From the NCBI RefSeq assembly GCF_036365525.1, contig NW_027142279.1:124001-187877 (forward strand): 63,877 nt of DNA. The letters are read 5' to 3'. Positions within the stretch are counted from its first letter, which is position 1. Each line of letters starts with the position of its first letter. This DNA comes from Heterodontus francisci (Eukaryota). Under the pieces are notes generated by a model that was not told the origin of the DNA, made no database searches, and saw nothing but the letters and a program-made list of their open reading frames with translations. A program made the translations under genes and the position numbers. This document shows, piece after piece, positions 59,755 to 63,877 of the stretch.

Positions 59755-60092
59755 AGGCAGACCAAGAGGTTAACCATCCCACTGTGACCGTTTTTGAGCT
59801 GTCGGATGAAGAAATCAGGGCCCCTATGAAAGCCACTATTGTCTGCCTGGCCAGTGGCTTCTTCTCGGACTACGTTAAGTTCTCCTGGGCGGGGGGCAAC
59901 GAGGAGATCGAGACGAAGGATGTGCTGACTGACAGGCAGGTAAAGGATGATGCAGGCCGCTACAGCGTGGACCAGTAGGGTGAGGGTTCTCATGGCCGAA
60001 TGGGGCCCGCAAGCAGTATTCCTGCAAAGTGACCCATTACAGTAAAGCCGGCGCAGAGATTTCTCAAGATGCCAAGATCAGCAGTAAGGCAG
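59755..60092 (+). pseudogene. TRBC: TCR beta-like constant-region exon 1 (C1-set Ig domain), doubly frameshifted
   Basis: Acceptor ctctcccacag and donor GTGAGT at 60093. Reconstructed EADQEVNHPTVTVFELSDEEIRAPMKATIVCLASGFFSDYVKFSW...VLTD...YSV/TSRVRVLMAEW../KQYSCKVTHY, with shifts near 59970 and 60004-60010. The exon is 338 nt, not a multiple of 3. Confidence 0.85.
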
Positions 60093-60434
60093 GTGAGTGT
60101 CTGCAATGCCTGGAATCACCTCCGCTCCACCCGAGCCCAAAGCAAGGAAGCTATACTGAACCTTTATCAATGCAGCCTTGAGGGAGGATGTGAAGGCGTT
60201 AGAGAGGGTGCACAAAATATTCACGGCAATGGTTCCAGGGATGAGGGAATTCATAGCTTGGGGAAGTCTACATAATAGGTGAGACTGAAGAACACAGGAA
60301 GAGGCCGAGGCCATTCAGCCGTTCAAGCTTGTTCCACCATTCTGTTATATAAATCTAAATCTCTACCATTACTCTATTTTACGCCTCGGTTCAGTAACCA
60401 TCAATAACCTTATGTTCACCCAAATGGTTAGCAC

Positions 60435-63400
60435 TCAGAGACAGACATGAGGGAGAAAGAGAGAGAGACAGAGAGAGAGACCGAGAACGAGATAGATTGA
60501 GAGAGAGAGAAATAGAGAAAGAGACAGACAGAAAGAGAAAGAGACAGACAGACAGACAGAGAGATAGAGACAGAGAGAGATACANNNNNNNNNNNNNNNN
60601 NNNNNNNNNNNNNNNNNNNNNNNNNNNNNNNNNNNNNNNNNNNNNNNNNNNNNNNNNNNNNNNNNNNNNNNNNNNNNNNNNNNNNNNNNNNNNNNNNNNN
60701 NNNNNNNNNNNNNNNNGAGAGGGAGAGAAAGAAATAGAGAAAGAGGCAGACAGANNNNNNNNNNNNNNNNNNNNNNNNNNNNNNNNNNNNNNNNNNNNNN
60801 NNNNNNNNNNNNNNNNNNNNNNNNNNNNNNNNNNNNNNNNNNNNNNNNNNNNNNNNNNNNNNNNNNNNNNNNNNNNNNNNNNNNNNNNNNNNNNNNNNNN
60901 NNNNNNNNNNNNNNNNNNNNNNNNNNNNNNNNNNNNNNNNNNNNCAGATGAGTGACAGATCGAGAGAAGCAGAGACAACGGGAAAGNNNNNNNNNNNNNN
61001 NNNNNNNNNNNNNNNNNNNNNNNNNNNNNNNNNNNNNNNNNNNNNNNNNNNNNNNNNNNNNNNNNNNNNNNNNNNNNNNNNNNNNNNNNNNNNNNNNNNN
61101 NNNNNNNNNNNNNNACACATGGTCAAAGAGAGAGAGACTGAGAGAGAGACAGAGAGAGAGAGACAGGAAATGAAAGAGAGGGACAGAGAGAGAGAGGCAG
61201 AGAGACAGTGGGAAAGACAGAGACAGTGAGAGGGAGAAGCAGAGACAGAGACCGAGAGACACACAGAGAGACAGGGAAACAGAGACAGAGAGAAAATGAG
61301 AGAAATAGAAAGAGAGAAAGAGACAGAGAGAGACACACAGAGAAACAGAAAGACAGAGACAGAGACAGAGAGAAAAGGAGAGAAATATAGAGAGATAGAG
61401 AGAGACAGAGACAGAGAGAGAGACTGAGAGTGAGACAGGAAGAGAAACAGAGACAGAGAGTGGTGACAGAGACAAAGAGAGACACACAGATAGACATGAA
61501 AACAGAGACAGAGAGAAAAGGAGAAAGAGAGACAGACAGACAGACAGAGAGCGTAAGACAGACAGCGAAAGACAGGCAGAGACAGTGAGAGAGACACAGA
61601 CCGAGAGAAAGAGAAACAGAGAGAGGCAGAGAGACAGCGCGAAAGACAGAGAGAGAGAGAGAAAGAGATTGAGAGAGACAGAGAGAGAGACGTGATAGAG
61701 AGACAGAGAGAGACAGTGACAGAGAGACAGAAACAGAGAGAAAGAGAGGCAGAGACAGGGAAAGCCAGAGACAGAAAGACAGAGAGACAGAGAGAAAGAG
61801 AGAAAGATAGATAGATAGAGAGAGAAACAGACAGACAGAGAAAGAGATACAGAGAGAGAGAGACCGAGACAGAGAGAGAGAAACAAAGAGAGAGACAGAG
61901 AGACAAGGAGAGAGAGAGAGACAGGAAGAGAGATAGAGACAAATGTGTGACAGATCGAGAGAGGCAGAGACAACAGGAAAGACANNNNNNNNNNNNNNNN
62001 NNNNNNNNNNNNNNNNNNNNNNNNNNNNNNNNNNNNNNNNNNNNNNNNNNNNNNNNNNNNNNNNNNNNNNNNNNNNNNNNNNNNNNNNNNNNNNNNNNNN
62101 NNNNNNNNNNNNNNNNNNNNNNNNNNNNNNNNNNNNNNNNNNNNNNNNNNNAGGCAGAGAGACAGTGGGAAAGACAGAGACAGGGAGAGAGAGAAGCAGA
62201 GACAGAGACAGAGAGACACACAGAGAAATAGAAAAACAGAGACAGAGACAGACAGAAAAGGAGAGAAATAAAGTGAGATAGACAGAGACAGAGACGGAGA
62301 CAGAGAGAAAGAGAGACACGGACAGAGAGATAGAGAGAAAGACAGAGACAGAGGGAGAGACACATACACAGAGAAATAGAGATAGAGAGAGAGACTGAAA
62401 GAGAGACAGGAAGAGAAATAGAGACAGAGAGATTGACAGAGGCAGAGAGAGACACACAGATAGACATGGAAACAGAGACAGAGAGAAAAGGAGAAAGAGA
62501 GACAGACAGACAGACAGAGTAAGACAGACAGAGAAAGACAGGCAGAGACAGTGAGAGAGACACAGAACGAGAGAAAGAGAGAAAGACAGAGACAGAGAGA
62601 GGCAGAGAGACAGCGCGAAAGACAGAGAGAAAGAGAGAAAGCGATTGAGAGAGACAGAGAGAGACGAGATAGAGAGACAGAGATAGACAGTGACAGAGAG
62701 ACAGAAACAGAGAGAAAGAGAGGCAGAGACAGGGAAAGCCAGAGACAGAAAGACAGAGAGACAGAGCGAAAGAGAGACTAAGAGAGAGAGAAACAAAGAG
62801 AGAGACAGAGAGACAAGGGGAGAGAGAGAGACAGAGACAGGAAGAGAGATAGAGACAAATGTGTGACAGATCGAGAGAGGCAGAGACAACGGGAAAGACA
62901 GAGACAGTGAATGAGAGAGAGTGAGGCAGAGAGAGACAGAAACAGAGAGACAGAAACAGAGACAGAGAGAAAAGGAGAGAAAGAGAGAGACACATGCAGA
63001 GAGNNNNNNNNNNNNNNNNNNNNNNNNNNNNNNNNNNNNNNNNNNNNNNNNNNNNNNNNNNNNNNNNNNNNNNNNNNNNNNNNNNNNNNNNNNNNNNNNN
63101 NNNNNNNNNNNNNNNNNNNNNNNNNNNNNNNNNNNNNNNNNNNNNNNNNNNNNNNNNNNNNNNNNNNNNNNNNNNNNNNAGAACAGGAGAGATAGAGAGA
63201 GACACATAAAGAGAGAGACTCATGGTCAAAGAGAGAGCGACTGAGAGAGAGACACTGAGTGAGAGAGAGACAGGATAGGCAGGAGAGAGAAAGAGAGAGA
63301 GGCAGAAAGACAGTGCGAAAGACAGAGACAGTGAGAGAGAGAAGCAGAGACAGAGACAGAGAGACACACATAGAGACAGGGAAACAGAGACAGAGNNNNN

Positions 63401-63877
63401 NNNNNNNNNNNNNNNNNNNNNNNNNNNNNNNNNNNNNNNNNNNNNNNNNNNNNNNNNNNNNNNNNNNNNNNNNNNNNNNNNNNNNNNNNNNNNNNNNNNN
63501 NNNNNNNNNNNNNNNNNNNNNNNNNNNNNNNNNNNNNNNNNNNNNNNNNNNNNNNNNNNNNNNNNNNNNNNNNNNNNNNNNNNNNNNNNNNNNNNNNNNN
63601 NNNNNNNNNNNNNNNNNNNNNNNNNNNNNNNNNNNNNNNNNNNATGCAAACTGAGACAGAGAGAAAAGGAGAAAGAGAGACAGACAGACAGACAGACAGA
63701 GAAAGACAGACAGAGAAAGACATGCAGAGACAGTGAGAGAGACACAGACCGAGAGAAAGAGAGACAGAGAGTGGCAGGGAGACAGTGGGAAAGACAGAGA
63801 GAAAGAAAGAGATTGAGAGATTCAGAGAGAAACGAGATAGAGAGACAGAGAGAGACAGTGACAGAGAGACGGAAACA
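60435..63877 (+). repeat. GA-rich simple-sequence tract with many assembly gaps
   Basis: (GA)n/(GACA)n composition; no downstream C exons detectable. Confidence 0.9.

Noticed and set aside
59755-60092. Ig light-chain constant-region identity
   Set aside because: A D segment, TRBV-like V genes, a donor after the domain and the YSVTSRVRV motif favour TCR beta; no terminal Cys-stop as in IgL.
60428-63745. Very long S/L/C-rich or R/E-rich ORFs (also 25937-26828 and 46808-51196)
   Set aside because: Translations of (GA)n/(TC)n simple repeats and N gaps, with no splice or domain structure.

Overview
Repeat-rich vertebrate DNA, most likely from a cartilaginous fish (HE1/V-SINE, DeuSINE-like, CR1 and L2 fragments), containing a T-cell receptor beta-like V-D-J-C locus. 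It holds 11 V exons with 23-bp-spacer RSSs (9 on +, 2 on -), two internally deleted V relics and one orphan leader. Downstream are one D (12/23 RSS), two J segments and one TRBC-like C1-set exon, all on +. Most V genes look intact, and seven of them form an expanded family closely resembling mammalian TRBV30. The D-J-C cassette is atypical: the D lacks the canonical GGGACAGGGGGC, J1 reads FGGR, J2 has a stop and a lost donor, and C has two frameshifts. Two 45-bp tandem arrays of CTCF-like motifs sit directly behind one V-RSS and at the V/D boundary, and a dispersed CTCF-like element follows most V genes. The left end carries the last two exons of an unrelated gene, possibly a C-type lectin. 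Most long ORFs in the track are simple-repeat artefacts. Repeat boundaries are approximate, and all family assignments are by eye, with no database search.
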